A DNA stretch of 64,000 nucleotides from contig CBDDDW010000016.1 in NCBI GenBank assembly GCA_965226805.1, positions 9,393 through 73,392 on the forward strand, in the 5' to 3' direction. The first letter of the stretch is position 1; each line of letters begins with the position of its first letter. This stretch comes from Dehalococcoidia bacterium. GTDB taxonomy: Bacteria > Chloroflexota > Dehalococcoidia > Lucifugimonadales > JAGWBF01. The notes beneath the pieces are model-generated. The model ran no database searches and had not been told where the DNA came from. It saw only the letters and a program-made list of their open reading frames with translations. A program made the position numbers and the translations under genes. This document shows positions 1-9,971 of this stretch, one piece after another.

Positions 1-701
1 CTCCCTCGGACATCGCCGGACTGGGAGACTCGGCGAAAGCGGCTCTCAGTATCGCGCGGACGGAGATATCTACTCTCTCGGAGTTCACCCAGAGCGTCTT
101 AGGCAAGTCAGAAACACAGGTCTCCAGCCTCGGCGAGTCGGTAGCCGCGGCGTTGGGTGTCTCTCGCTCGGACACCTCTAGCCTGGCCGAGTCCATCCTT
201 ACCGTCCTTTCGGCGGCCCCTTCGGACATTGCCAGCCTGCTGGAGGCGGCTGCCACGGGTATCCTACCGACGGACACCTCCAGCCTAGGCGAGTCGGTAG
301 CCGCGGCGTTGGGCGTCTCTCGATCGGACATCGCCGGACTGGGAGACTCGGCGAACGCGGCCCTCAGTATCGCGCGGACGGAGATAGCGACTCTTTCGGA
401 GTTAATCGAGAGAGGCTTCGGCAGGGCGGAAACACAAGTCTCCAGCCTCGGCGAGTCGGTAGCAGCGGCGTTGGGTGTCTCTCGCTCGGACATCGCCGGC
501 CTGGGAGACTCTGTCCTTACGGCCCTTTCGGCAGCCCCTTCGGACGTTGCTAGCCTGCTGGAGGCGGTTGCCACGGGTATCCCACCGAAGGACACCTCCA
601 GCCTAGGCGAGTCGGTGGCCTCGGCGTTCGGCGTCTCTCGCTCGGACATCGCCGGCCTGGGAGACTCGGCGAACGCGGCTCTCAGTATTACGCGGACGTA
701 G
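1..701 (+). CDS. 5'-truncated (window edge) repeat segment of a giant envelope protein. It is in the same frame as 840..6344 and is cut by one in-frame TAG (699..701).
   Basis: The frame containing base 3 is open from the window edge to 701. The translation (…[36 protein letters not shown]…) is the same repeat type as the downstream ORF. There is an exact 318-bp higher-order period: GAG at 63, GAG at 381, TAG at 699. Confidence 0.7.
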   Translation, partial: PSDIAGLGDSAKAALSIARTEISTLSEFTQSVLGKSETQVSSLGESVAAALGVSRSDTSSLAESILTVLSAAPSDIASLLEAAATGILPTDTSSLGESVAAALGVSRSDIAGLGDSANAALSIARTEIATLSELIERGFGRAETQVSSLGESVAAALGVSRSDIAGLGDSVLTALSAAPSDVASLLEAVATGIPPKDTSSLGESVASAFGVSRSDIAGLGDSANAALSITRT

Positions 702-3170
702 ATATCTACTCTCTCGGAGTTCACCGAGAGGGCCTTAGGCAGGGCAGAGACACAGGTCTCCAGCCTCGGCGAGTCGGTAGCCGCGGCGTTTGGCGTCTCT
801 CGCTCGGACATCGCCGGCCTGGGAGAGTCTGTCCTCGCCGTGTTGGGCTTCTCCCGCTCCGACACCTCCGTCCTCGGGGAGTCTGTCGAGTTCGCACTCG
901 GCAGAGCGGTCACAGACACCGCCAGTCTGCTGGCCGACGCCATTCAGAGCGTCTTCTCCCTGGGGATTTCGGACACGCCCAACCTGGGCGACTCCCTTTT
1001 CGCCGCGTTGGGTTTCTCCCGCTCCGACACCTCCGTCCTCGGGGAGTCTATCGAGTTCGTATTCAGCAGACAGGTCTCGGACACCACCAGCATCCTGGCC
1101 GACGCCATTCAGAGCGTCTTCTCCCTGGGGATTTCGGACACGCCCAACCTGGGCGACTCCCTTTTCGCCGCGTTGGGTTTCTCCCGTTCCGACACATCCG
1201 TGCTCGGGGAGTCTGTCGAATTCGCATTCGGCAGACAGCTCTCGGACACGGCCAGCATCCTGGCCGACGCCATTCAGAGCATCTCCTCCCGGATTTCGGA
1301 CACGTCGAGCCTGGGCGACTCCGCGTTCGCCGCGTTGGGTTTCTCCCGCTCCGACACATCCGCCCTCGGGGAGTCTGTCGAAGCCGTACTCGGTAAGAGT
1401 GTCTTGGACACGGCCAGGCTCTTGGCCGACTCCATTCAAAGCGCGTTCTCCATGGGGATCTCAGACACGCCCGGTCTGGGCGACTCCGCTTTGGCCGCGT
1501 TGGGTTTCTCCCGCTCCGACATATCCGACCTCCGGGAGTCTGTCCAAGCCGTACTCGGTAAGAGTGTCTCGGACACGGCCAGACTGCTGGGCGACTCCGC
1601 TTTGGCCGCGTTGGGTTTCTCCCGCTCCGACATATCCGACCTCCGGGAGTCTGTCGAAGCCGTACTCAGTAAGAGCGTCTCGGACACGGCCAGGCTGCTG
1701 GCCGACTCCATTCAAAGTGCGTTCTCCATAGGGATCTCGGACACGCCCGGGCTGGGCGACTCCGTTTTCGCCGCGCTGGGCTTCTCCAGATCCGACGCAT
1801 CCGACCTCCGGGAGTCTGTCGAAGCCGCACTCGGTAAGGGGGTCTCGGACAGGGCCAGGCTGCTCGCCGACTCCATTCTAAGCGCGTTCTCCATAAGTTT
1901 TTCGGACACGCCGAGGCTTGGCGACTCACTTCTCACCGTGTTAGGCTTGTCCCAGTCCGACGGAGCCAGCCTTGCCGCCTCCTTTGAGTTCGTCCGCGGT
2001 AGGCTGGAATCGACGGCCGTCAGCCTTGGCGAGAATCTTGCCACCTCTGTCGGAGGAGGGAAGCTTACCTTAAAGGTCGGGATGGCGGAGCTGGTCCAAG
2101 GTGGACTGGGGTTCACTCGTACCACTTCCACCTCGCTCGCGGAGACCATCACGACAGGGCTGGTCCAGTTGTTTAGCGACAGACCTCAGCTCGCAGACTC
2201 TCTCATCACCGCCCTCGCGCTCTCGAAAGATGATGCCGCGACACTCAAGGAATCTGCGACCGCAATACTCGGCGTCACCCACGCTGACGCCACAGCTCTC
2301 GCCGAGTCCTTACGCACTGCGTTTAGTAAGTTGCAGACAGACCCAGCTAGCGTAGGGGAGTCGATAATCACCGCCCTTGGTCTCCTGAAGGCGGACGCTG
2401 CCACCCTCGGGGAAACGGCGACTGGCGCACTGGGTTTCTCCCGCACCGATGCCACCGCGCTGGCTGAGTCGTTAAGAGCGGTCTTGGGTAGAACGGAAAC
2501 AGACTTTGCCAACGTCGGTGAGTCGATAATCACCGCCCTTGGTCTCCTGCCGGTGGACGCTGCTACCCTCGGGGAATCGGCGACTGGCGCATTGGGTTTC
2601 TCCCGCACCGACGCCACCGCGCTGGCTGAGTCGCTAAGCACGGCCTTGGGTAGAGTGCAAACAGACTTTGCCAGCGTAGGGGAGTCGATAATCACCGCCC
2701 TTGGTCTCCTGAAGGCGGACGCTGCTACCCTCGGGGAATCCGCGACTGCCGCATTGGGTTTCTCCCGCACCGATGCCACGGCAATGGCTGAGTCGCTAAG
2801 CACTTTCTTGGGTAGAGGGCAAACAGACTTTGCCAGCGTAGGGGAGTCGATAATTGCCGCTCTTGGTTTCCAGAAGGCGGATGCGGCCACCCTCGCAGAG
2901 TCCACCGCCGCTGCCCTGGGACTTCCCCGTACCGATGCCGCGGCCGTGGCCGAATCCGTGCAGGCGGTCTTGGGTAACACGCCGGCAGACTTTGCCCGCG
3001 TAAGGGAGTCGATGATCACCGCCCTTGGATTCTTCAAGAGAGATACCGCCGACTTGCGAGAGGCTGTAGTAGCGGCCTTTGGTTTCTCCCGAAGTGACGT
3101 GGCTACCTTACACGAGTCCATCGAGGCCATCCGTAGTAGGGACCTGCTGGACCGGATCGGGTTGGGAGAG
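1..3170 (+). repeat. In-frame coding tandem repeats in three blocks: 318-bp period (1-~840), 165-bp period (~840-1950, with one 111-bp short unit) and 162-bp period (~2350-3170).
   Basis: Anchor strings recur at exact spacings. 'aacctgggcg' occurs at 981 and 1146 (165 bp apart). 'gagtcgat(a/g)at' occurs at 2358, 2520, 2682, 2844 and 3006 (162 bp apart). 'acg gag/tag ata' occurs at 63, 381 and 699 (318 bp apart). Many units are nearly identical at DNA level. Confidence 0.9.
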
Positions 3171-6100
3171 AGCTTGAGCGTGAGCGGGATCGACCCGGGT
3201 GAGAGAGTGGTGCAAGCTTTCGTATCTCTGTTCGATTCGGTTGTAGGCCGTCTCGGGCGCGATGAGTTCGATTCAACCGGCATAAGCGAGTTGATATTCG
3301 CCGCGCTGGCGGTTCCTCGCACAGAGACCTCTAATCTGACCGAGTCCATCCAGCTGGCGCTCAGGGCTGCCCTCGTGGACCCGGCCGTTATGAAGGAGTC
3401 CGCGCTGTACCTTCTCCTCCGGGCCGGGTTCGAGACCGATGGCTCCAGCCTGAGCGCGTCCATAGGGGCGGCGATGGGGATGCCCCGGACCACGCCCGCC
3501 GACCTACGGGACACTATCCATACAGCGCTGGTCCACAGGAATATCAACCCCGCCAACCCCAGGATCGTCGCCTTTCCTGAGTTCTCGATGGGCAGGGGAG
3601 AGCTGGCCAGGGCCAGCCTATCCGATCGATTTGCCTTCGTGGTGCACGGCGTAAGCGCCGACATGGCGATTGCAATGAGCCAGGTGTCCGATTCTGTGTC
3701 GGTAGGCCTCGACGCGATTTACACGGTAGTCGTAACGAACAATGGGCCGTCGAACGCAATCGGTGTAGTTATGAGCTACCAGTCGCCACCCAGCCTCGTA
3801 CTCAAGTCGACGATAGCGAGCCAGGGACGTTGCACGGAGGATTCGGGACTAGTGGAGTGTGATCTTGGGACCTTGGTGAGGGGGCGCGATGCCAGAGTGA
3901 CGATCACCGTGAAGGCCTTGGGAGGCGCCGGTGGTACAATTGTCACCAACACGGCCAATGTCCGTTCGGGCAGTGTCGATTCCGACGACGCCAATAATAC
4001 CGTAAGCCTGAACACCTCTCTGACGAAGCAAGCAGACGTCGGAGTGACTTTGAGCAGTCCACCCAATGGTGTGATCGTCAGTGGTGACTTCACCTATACT
4101 GCGGTAGTGGCCAACGATGGCCCATCAGACGCTACCGGAGTGATATTGACCGGCGAGCTTCCCCAGGAAGTTGCCTTCGTGTCCGTCACCTGCAGCCAGG
4201 GTAGCTGCAGCGGAGACGGCGGCGCCCTCACGTGGGAGTTGGGCGACCTCGCCAGCGGTGCCGACGCTTCAGTAAACGTTCTCGTTACTGCCGTGATACC
4301 GGTAGCGACGGGGGACGTGGGGATCATTACGACCACTGTGGCGGTGGCTGCTGCGGAGACTGACTTAGTGCTAAGCAACAACTCTTCTACGGCCATAACC
4401 CAGGTGTACCACGACGAAGACAGCGACGGAATCGGAGATCAGGTGGAAGACGGCGCTCCCAATGGCGGAGACGGCGACGGAGACGGCGTTCTTGACAGCG
4501 AGCAGCTCAACGTGTCCTCCCTGAAGAATGCCGTGAACGGATCGTACGCCACCATCCGGTCGGTCGATGGCACTGCCCTTGCCGAAGTTGATGCGGCGGT
4601 GAATCCCTCCCCGGAGGATGCCCCGGATGAAGAGTTCCCTGCGGGATTTTTCGAATTTACGTTGCAGGGGTTGCCGACTGCCGACGCCACTACTATCGAC
4701 CTCTTCTTCCCCCAGGAAACAATAATAGCCAGCTACTGGAAGTACGGCGCCACCAGCGGTGATCCGGTCCCACACTGGTACGAGTTTACCTTCGACGGAA
4801 CAACCGGCGCGGTGATAAACGGGAATAGGGTGACCCTCCACCTGGTCGATGGGCAGAGAGGTGACGACGACCTGACGGAGAACGGCGAAATTTCCGACGA
4901 TGGAGGCCCAGTGTTCGCCCCTGCCGACCTTTCGGTGACAAATATCGACTCCTCTGATCCCGTACGAGTGGGGAACCCGCTAACATACATTGTCACCGTC
5001 AGGAACAATGGGCCGTCTAATGCCACGGGAGTGGTCCTTACAGATACGCTGCCCGGCGGAGTGTCCTTTGTGACCGCCAATGCCGGTGGGGGTACGTGCG
5101 AGCACGTATCAGGAGAGGTAACGTGCTCCTTGGGAACCATCAACGTGGGTAGCCTCGTCGCGGTGGGAATTACGGTGACACCGGAATCGAATGCGGGAGG
5201 AAGTATTACCAACAGGGTGAGCGTGGAGTCTCTGGAAAGCGACCCGATCAGCAGCAACAACAGCGCAAGCCAGGATACGTCGGTCACACCTGTGGCCGAC
5301 GTATCCATCACCATTTCGGACTTTCCCGGAACGGTGGGTGTTGGAGATGCCTTTATTTACACTGTGGTCGTGACTAACCACGGCCCTTCCCAGGCTACAG
5401 GATTAGTAGTAACGAATACCCTGCCGGCGGAGGTCATATTTGAGTCGGCGACGGCGACCCAGGAGAGCTGCATTCGGAGCGGTAGGTTCGTGACGTGCCA
5501 CCTGGGGGCTCTGGACAGTGGCGCCACCGCCACAGTGACGATCCCTGTAGCGGCGGCCCATGTCTTCGGGACGCAATTGATCGACAATTTCGCGGATGTC
5601 CGTGGCCGGGAGTTTGATCCTCTTACTTTGAATAATGTAGAGATCGAGAGGACGACGCTGCAAGGTCCGCCGCCTCCTCCCCCGCCCCCGCCCAGGCCCA
5701 CTCCTACTCCGACACCGACGCCTAGGCCGTTACCTACCCCGACGCCCACGCCAACACCTTCGCCCACGCCGGCGCCCTCGCCCACGCCAACCCCTACACC
5801 GAGTCCAACTCCTACTCCCACGCCGAGCCCTACGCCCACGCCAGTGCCTACGGCAACACCCGTACCGCCTACGCCGACCCCGACTCCGACGCCCGAGCCC
5901 ACACCTACGCCTACGCCCACACCCACTCTTACGCCTACCCCTGCCCCTACGCCCTTCTTCCAGACGCCGGCTACCGGGCGGCCGACCCCCCGCCGCACCC
6001 CCACCACAAGACCGCCGCCAACTGGTACGGCGACGGCTACGCCAACGGTCACAGGCACGCCGGTACCTACTATAGGCGCCACCGCCACGCCAAGTCCCAC

Positions 6101-6344
6101 TGGTGTGCGTCCTACTCCAACGGAGGCCCCGACGCCCGGGCTGACTCCCACACTGGCGCCAACCCAAACGGGGGTACCTCCCACGGATGTACCTACGCCA
6201 TTACCGACTCCGACGTCCGTTCTAGAAGCTGAGCCAGGTGGAGGACTGCCCCTGGTGCCCATAGCCATAGTAGCAGGTGTCCTGGCCTTACTCCTGGCGG
6301 GGTTTGGTTTCTTCCGCATCCGAGCGGAGCGGAGAGCGTGGTAG
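840..6344 (+). CDS. Giant repeat-containing cell-surface protein. It has ~55-aa tandem repeats, 4 DUF11 (conserved repeat) domains, a Pro/Thr-rich linker and a C-terminal TM anchor.
   Basis: 1834-aa ORF. The repeats read '[17 protein letters not shown]…' and '[33 protein letters not shown]…'. There are four '[16 protein letters not shown]'-type DUF11 signatures (about 3660-4400 and 4920-5660). A PTPTPTP tract spans 5667-6215. The C-terminus is '[33 protein letters not shown]'. The GTG at 840 is only the first start after the TAG; the protein probably continues from upstream. Confidence 0.85.
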   Translation: MLGFSRSDTSVLGESVEFALGRAVTDTASLLADAIQSVFSLGISDTPNLGDSLFAALGFSRSDTSVLGESIEFVFSRQVSDTTSILADAIQSVFSLGISDTPNLGDSLFAALGFSRSDTSVLGESVEFAFGRQLSDTASILADAIQSISSRISDTSSLGDSAFAALGFSRSDTSALGESVEAVLGKSVLDTARLLADSIQSAFSMGISDTPGLGDSALAALGFSRSDISDLRESVQAVLGKSVSDTARLLGDSALAALGFSRSDISDLRESVEAVLSKSVSDTARLLADSIQSAFSIGISDTPGLGDSVFAALGFSRSDASDLRESVEAALGKGVSDRARLLADSILSAFSISFSDTPRLGDSLLTVLGLSQSDGASLAASFEFVRGRLESTAVSLGENLATSVGGGKLTLKVGMAELVQGGLGFTRTTSTSLAETITTGLVQLFSDRPQLADSLITALALSKDDAATLKESATAILGVTHADATALAESLRTAFSKLQTDPASVGESIITALGLLKADAATLGETATGALGFSRTDATALAESLRAVLGRTETDFANVGESIITALGLLPVDAATLGESATGALGFSRTDATALAESLSTALGRVQTDFASVGESIITALGLLKADAATLGESATAALGFSRTDATAMAESLSTFLGRGQTDFASVGESIIAALGFQKADAATLAESTAAALGLPRTDAAAVAESVQAVLGNTPADFARVRESMITALGFFKRDTADLREAVVAAFGFSRSDVATLHESIEAIRSRDLLDRIGLGESLSVSGIDPGERVVQAFVSLFDSVVGRLGRDEFDSTGISELIFAALAVPRTETSNLTESIQLALRAALVDPAVMKESALYLLLRAGFETDGSSLSASIGAAMGMPRTTPADLRDTIHTALVHRNINPANPRIVAFPEFSMGRGELARASLSDRFAFVVHGVSADMAIAMSQVSDSVSVGLDAIYTVVVTNNGPSNAIGVVMSYQSPPSLVLKSTIASQGRCTEDSGLVECDLGTLVRGRDARVTITVKALGGAGGTIVTNTANVRSGSVDSDDANNTVSLNTSLTKQADVGVTLSSPPNGVIVSGDFTYTAVVANDGPSDATGVILTGELPQEVAFVSVTCSQGSCSGDGGALTWELGDLASGADASVNVLVTAVIPVATGDVGIITTTVAVAAAETDLVLSNNSSTAITQVYHDEDSDGIGDQVEDGAPNGGDGDGDGVLDSEQLNVSSLKNAVNGSYATIRSVDGTALAEVDAAVNPSPEDAPDEEFPAGFFEFTLQGLPTADATTIDLFFPQETIIASYWKYGATSGDPVPHWYEFTFDGTTGAVINGNRVTLHLVDGQRGDDDLTENGEISDDGGPVFAPADLSVTNIDSSDPVRVGNPLTYIVTVRNNGPSNATGVVLTDTLPGGVSFVTANAGGGTCEHVSGEVTCSLGTINVGSLVAVGITVTPESNAGGSITNRVSVESLESDPISSNNSASQDTSVTPVADVSITISDFPGTVGVGDAFIYTVVVTNHGPSQATGLVVTNTLPAEVIFESATATQESCIRSGRFVTCHLGALDSGATATVTIPVAAAHVFGTQLIDNFADVRGREFDPLTLNNVEIERTTLQGPPPPPPPPPRPTPTPTPTPRPLPTPTPTPTPSPTPAPSPTPTPTPSPTPTPTPSPTPTPVPTATPVPPTPTPTPTPEPTPTPTPTPTLTPTPAPTPFFQTPATGRPTPRRTPTTRPPPTGTATATPTVTGTPVPTIGATATPSPTGVRPTPTEAPTPGLTPTLAPTQTGVPPTDVPTPLPTPTSVLEAEPGGGLPLVPIAIVAGVLALLLAGFGFFRIRAERRAW
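5667..6215 (+). repeat. Low-complexity Pro/Thr(/Ser/Ala)-rich linker-coding tract inside the giant protein.
   Basis: Translation is [45 protein letters not shown]… The CCN/ACN codon bias also creates long shadow ORFs on the opposite strand. Confidence 0.9.
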
Positions 6345-6420
6345 ACTTGGTGGGTGGGATGACAGCGACCAACATCTCGGATTTTCGTCCCACACGGTGT
6401 GGCCGCATCCGGCCTTGTGT

Positions 6421-7143
6421 CTACCCCAGCAGCAGGGAATGTGGTAGGAACCGTATTACGCGGAAGGCCTCCGCGTAAGGTAGGCCGCCCTCCTGCCCGA
6501 TATGGCTGGCGTTGGTCCGGACTCTCTCCTCACGACCTTCGGGGTCAGGGAACTGGCTGAGGTGTTTCAAGAGGCTCTGTGCCTTCATCTCCAGGTTCTC
6601 GCTTATGTCCACGAAGGTATCAGGCTCCTCGCTGCCCCACAGATAGATCTCCCGCGCCGCATGGGGTAGAAGCCCTTCCACGCTGATCTGGTCGGGGAAG
6701 TACAGGTGGCGCCACGCGTAGGTACAGACCGCGTCGACCGTGACTTGGCCGCTGATCCGGTGGTCTCTGTGGGAGTGCCTACGGCTCCTCAGCGGGTCAC
6801 AGCACATGACGACCTCAGGCTTGTGCCTCCGTATTTGCCGGACCACCTGCTCTCGGAACCGGCGATCGTCCTCCAGGCCGCCGTCGGGGTAGCCCAAGAA
6901 AACCACCTCTTTAACGCCGAGGACATCGGCTGCGTCCTGCTGCTCCTTCTCGCGGACGGAGGCGAGCCTTTTCTGGGACATTGTGGGGTCCTCGGTGCCT
7001 TTGTCGCCATTGGTGCAGAGAACATAAAAAACCTCGGCTCCATGCTCTATCCACTTTGCCAGCGTGCCTCCACATCCCCCTTCGGCATCGTCGGGGTGCG
7101 GAGTCACCACCAGGACCCTTTTCGGCATGTCAGCCACATTCAT
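6421..7143 (-). CDS. PIG-L/LmbE family N-acetylglucosaminyl deacetylase.
   Basis: 'VLVVTPHPDDAEGGCGGTLAKW', 'CTNGDKG' and 'HRDH' motifs are typical of the LmbE/PIG-L fold. Length is 240 aa. Confidence 0.75.
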   Translation of the reverse strand: MNVADMPKRVLVVTPHPDDAEGGCGGTLAKWIEHGAEVFYVLCTNGDKGTEDPTMSQKRLASVREKEQQDAADVLGVKEVVFLGYPDGGLEDDRRFREQVVRQIRRHKPEVVMCCDPLRSRRHSHRDHRISGQVTVDAVCTYAWRHLYFPDQISVEGLLPHAAREIYLWGSEEPDTFVDISENLEMKAQSLLKHLSQFPDPEGREERVRTNASHIGQEGGLPYAEAFRVIRFLPHSLLLG

Positions 7144-7276
7144 AGTTAGCTAACCCCGCGAACAGATTTTCCGGATGTCACCACTTCGGCATGCTCAATG
7201 AGATCCTACGGTGTACTCAGGGTAAACTCGGCGAAAGGTCTGATGGGATGGCCCTCATCCTGGCCTGGTGCCACGT

Positions 7277-7304
7277 CTCTCCCCAAGGGCCCTAAGGGAG
7301 AGGG
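7277..7304. repeat. Short palindromic intergenic repeat (family C-like: CTCTCCCC…GGGAGAGG).
   Basis: 'tctctccccaagggccctaagggagagg'. Related copies are at 38904..38937 and 52929..52964. Confidence 0.5.
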
Positions 7305-7376
7305 GCCTGGATACGGGTTATTTTAGCGGCAATCACACTGTCGTGCGGTCTCAGGCTCAGAACCTTTCGCCCTGGG

Positions 7377-8622
7377 CTAGTCAATGCTCTCTGTCTGGAA
7401 TCCTTGGAGTCGTGCATATCTGGGCAGTCGTCCTCCAATGAGGGGGCGGGCATAATCGATAAAGGCCCGGGTCATCAGCCCGGCGGACGCGTCCACATAC
7501 TCCTCCGGTAGGAGCTTGACCTGGCCTGCGACGGCCGCCAGGGGGGCCAGTCCCGTCTCGCAGCGATACTTTCTCCCGGGACTGCGCTCCAACGTGACCA
7601 TCGAGTCGCTATGTCCTTCGAGGGCGTAGGCGACAGCCTCGCGACCCACTTGATAGGCCTCCTGTGCGTCTCGAGCTGACACGCAAGACATCAAGGAGCG
7701 TTGAATTGTGCCGGGCCTCTCGTACCTGGCTCTTACCTTGAGCTTGCGGCTGGCCAGGGAGGACATGTAACGGCCTGCTCCCTCGAAATACTCGTGGCCG
7801 AAATCGTCGACGAAAACGGGGCCTCCCTGTGTCCCAAGGGGCCCAGAGGGGCCTCGGACATTCTGGGCCGTGACGGCCACCGCGAACCCCCACCGTCTGA
7901 GGGCCTCCTCAAGGCGCGCCATGAACCGGTCCTCATCAAAGAGTGTCTCGGGTACGCAGATGTAGTGAGGGGCATCTTTCTCTTCCCGTTTCCCTAGCGC
8001 GGAGGCCGCCGCCAGCCACCCCGCATCCCGGCCCATCACCTCCAGGATGGTGACTGGAGAAGCCTCTCCCATCGCTTCCGCGTCCATCCCGGCTCCCATC
8101 GTCGCCAGGGCCACGAAGCGGGCGGCGCTGCCGTAGCCCGGGCAGTGGTCGGTCGCCGGCAGGTCATTGTCGAATGGTCTTGGGAACGTGAATGACCACG
8201 ACCTCTTGATCTGAGGCCGGGGCCTCCTCGGCGATCCTGTGTGCGGTTTCGGCCGAGTCGTTGCCCCCTATCGTAAAGACGTAGCGAATTTCGCGCTCCC
8301 TGAGAATGTTCATTACGGTCGCTGTTTCTTGGGGTTTTAGGCTGCGCCTCCCGGAGCCCAAAGCTGCTCCAGGGGTGCTGGCGATCCGGCGCCAGAGTTG
8401 GCTGCCCTGTTGCCGGCGAAGGTCCAGGAGGGAGCTGTTGAGCAGGCCCTTTAGGCCGTGGGCCGCTCCGTAGACCTCGCCAAACTCGCGGCGCCGGAGG
8501 ACTTCTTCAACTACGCCAGCCAGGCTCTGGTTCATAACAGCCGTGCACCCGCCGGACTGAAGGATTAGTACATTCTTGTGGCTGCCTATCAGCGCCCGAT
8601 ACCTCTTTAAATAAAATCCCAA
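7377..8622 (-). pseudogene. pfk: 6-phosphofructokinase (ATP/PPi-dependent PFK family) split by a 1-nt frameshift.
   Basis: The N-terminal ORF (8164..8622) ends '…VVVIHVPKTIRQ*'. One frame over, the DNA reads 'DNDLPATDHCPGYGSAARFVALATMGAG…' and continues into ORF 7377..8114. The canonical PFK motif PKTIDNDL is broken by an extra base: 'ATT C GAC AAT GAC' (minus strand, about 8172). Confidence 0.8.
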
Positions 8623-8799
8623 CCGACTATTCGAGGCCCAGCTGGAGGGAGATCTCGCACTCGCCGCCGTCTTATTCTAGCGGCTGCCGGCGGGCTCAGC
8701 AATCCGTAATCCGTAGCCTTTGTTCAGAGTTGATGCTATTCTCAAGCCTGTAGTCTAATTGGTGAATTCAAGAGACGCTGGTGAAGGAGAACAGAAGCT

Positions 8800-9138
8800 A
8801 TGGCCTGGAAAAGATGCCTTATCGAAATAGGAATGGGGGTAGACCTCCATGGGAGAGACTACACGAAGGCCGCTCAGCGGGCCCTTGCCGATGCGATGTC
8901 CCGAAACCGACTGTACTTCGTGAGCGCCGTAGGATCGAAGCCCCAATCCGTATGGGCCGACGTAACCATCGCTTCTCCAGAGCCGGACGCGGTGGACCCT
9001 CAGGCGGTTATGGGTATGCTTCCCTACGGACAGGGGCAGGTCAATGTAATAAAGGGAGGCCTGGAAATCGCGAACGAACACAACTCCGACGGCACCATCA
9101 TCACCAACGCGGTGGTGATGGTGCGCTTGGATATGTAG
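8800..9138 (+). CDS. Small conserved protein, Lin0512-family-like.
   Basis: 112 aa; 'IEIGMGVDLHGRDYTKAAQRALADA' resembles the Lin0512 family signature as I remember it. A GAAGGAG RBS lies upstream. Confidence 0.45.
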   Translation: MAWKRCLIEIGMGVDLHGRDYTKAAQRALADAMSRNRLYFVSAVGSKPQSVWADVTIASPEPDAVDPQAVMGMLPYGQGQVNVIKGGLEIANEHNSDGTIITNAVVMVRLDM

Positions 9139-9217
9139 GGGGGATTGGTCAGACCGCGTGCCTAGCTGAAGGGGTATGGTGTGATTAGATGCGCCGCGTC
9201 CCGGCGGCCGGAGGGAG

Positions 9218-9646
9218 CTATCGCTGCCGGGTGAACCCATAGACACGGTCGCTGGTGACCGTCACCACCGCCCTTCTTTCCTGCTTCATAACTCGGTCAT
9301 ATTCTTCCCAATCAGGGTGCTCTCCTCCCCCACACGCCCGGTACGCTTCTCGGAGCAGCAACCGTAGCTCTTCGGGTGGGGTGTTGTCCCATGAGTAGAT
9401 CTGCGCTCGCCCCTCCGAGAAGGCGTATTCCGACCAGTCGGGCTTCACCGTCAGGACAGTGCAGCGGGGGTCGCGCGTCAAGTTGCCAAGCTTGGCAGTG
9501 TCGCCTCTTGCCACGAAGACGGCCTGGTCCCGGTAGATGCCGCTGGCAACGATGCTCATCTGTGCAGTCCCGTTCCTGCGGAATGTCGTGACTACCCCGT
9601 GGTGCTCGGCTTCCAGAAATGGACGAATGTCGTCTAGTGTCATCAT
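9218..9646 (-). CDS. PPOX-class (pyridoxamine 5'-phosphate oxidase-like) probable F420-dependent enzyme.
   Basis: 142 aa; 'FLEAEHHGVVTTFRRNGTAQMSIV' is a typical split-barrel FMN/F420-binding N-terminus. Confidence 0.55.
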   Translation of the reverse strand: MMTLDDIRPFLEAEHHGVVTTFRRNGTAQMSIVASGIYRDQAVFVARGDTAKLGNLTRDPRCTVLTVKPDWSEYAFSEGRAQIYSWDNTPPEELRLLLREAYRACGGGEHPDWEEYDRVMKQERRAVVTVTSDRVYGFTRQR

Positions 9647-9757
9647 GCCTCCTGACGCGGTGCTAGGGTCTACGTTTTCCCAAGACTAAGTCTTCGGGAC
9701 TGGAGGGTCAAGTTACCGGCGGCCCCTGCTATTACCGTAGGCGCATTCCCTGTCTCC

Positions 9758-9786
9758 TTACAAACGCCAGCGGGATAGACTATAAT
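9758..9786 (+). promoter_or_regulatory. Sigma70-type promoter: TTACAA, 17-nt spacer, TATAAT.
   Basis: The -35 is at 9758..9763 and a perfect -10 at 9781..9786 with an exact 17-nt spacer. It lies about 185 nt upstream of the 9972 CDS. Confidence 0.5.
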
Positions 9787-9971
9787 GTGCACGAATTAGC
9801 TAATGCGATCCGTGCCCGTACTCCCGCAGACCCGTCATTGGGGGGAATCGTCGCGAGAGCGACCGGGATCGTTTCTGCCTCAACCTGGAGTGAGTCTCAT
9901 ATGACTGGCGTCCGGGGGCTCCTCAAGGGCCGGCTGAAGCAGGGCGCGCATTCGGAGGAAAGGGGATATCA

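Noticed and set aside
699-701. TAG decoded as pyrrolysine, or programmed read-through.
   Set aside because: No pyl genes or PYLIS-like context are visible in the window. Sister repeats have GAG at this codon, so a simple G-to-T substitution or error is the more economical explanation.
1-3170. Possible CRISPR array, because of the regular ~160-bp periodicity.
   Set aside because: The units are contiguous, in-frame and coding, with no short conserved repeat alternating with unique spacers. No cas genes are present.
735-6319. Long ORFs in other frames across the giant gene, mostly antisense (735..1439, 2186..3664, 4733..5314, 5357..6319) plus the same-strand alternate-frame ORF 790..1731.
   Set aside because: They mirror the periodic, codon-biased repeats and the PT tract (which gives G/V/R-rich shadow translations). 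They have no independent motifs. The sense frame carries recognisable DUF11 domains and a TM anchor.
1-6344. Diversity-generating retroelement or a phase-variation cassette acting on the repeat protein.
   Set aside because: No reverse transcriptase, template repeat or invertase is visible in the window. The variation between units looks like ordinary repeat divergence.
8755-9246. 163-aa minus-strand ORF and 135-aa plus-strand ORF overlapping the Lin0512-like gene.
   Set aside because: Their translations are low-complexity with no motifs. The 8800..9138 frame has an RBS and a recognisable conserved N-terminus.
9890-9960. ZTP (pfl) riboswitch, suggested by 'GACTGGCG'.
   Set aside because: Only that octamer matches. 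The conserved 3' 'CCGCCTGGGC' pseudoknot partner is absent, and the downstream gene is not a purine or folate gene.
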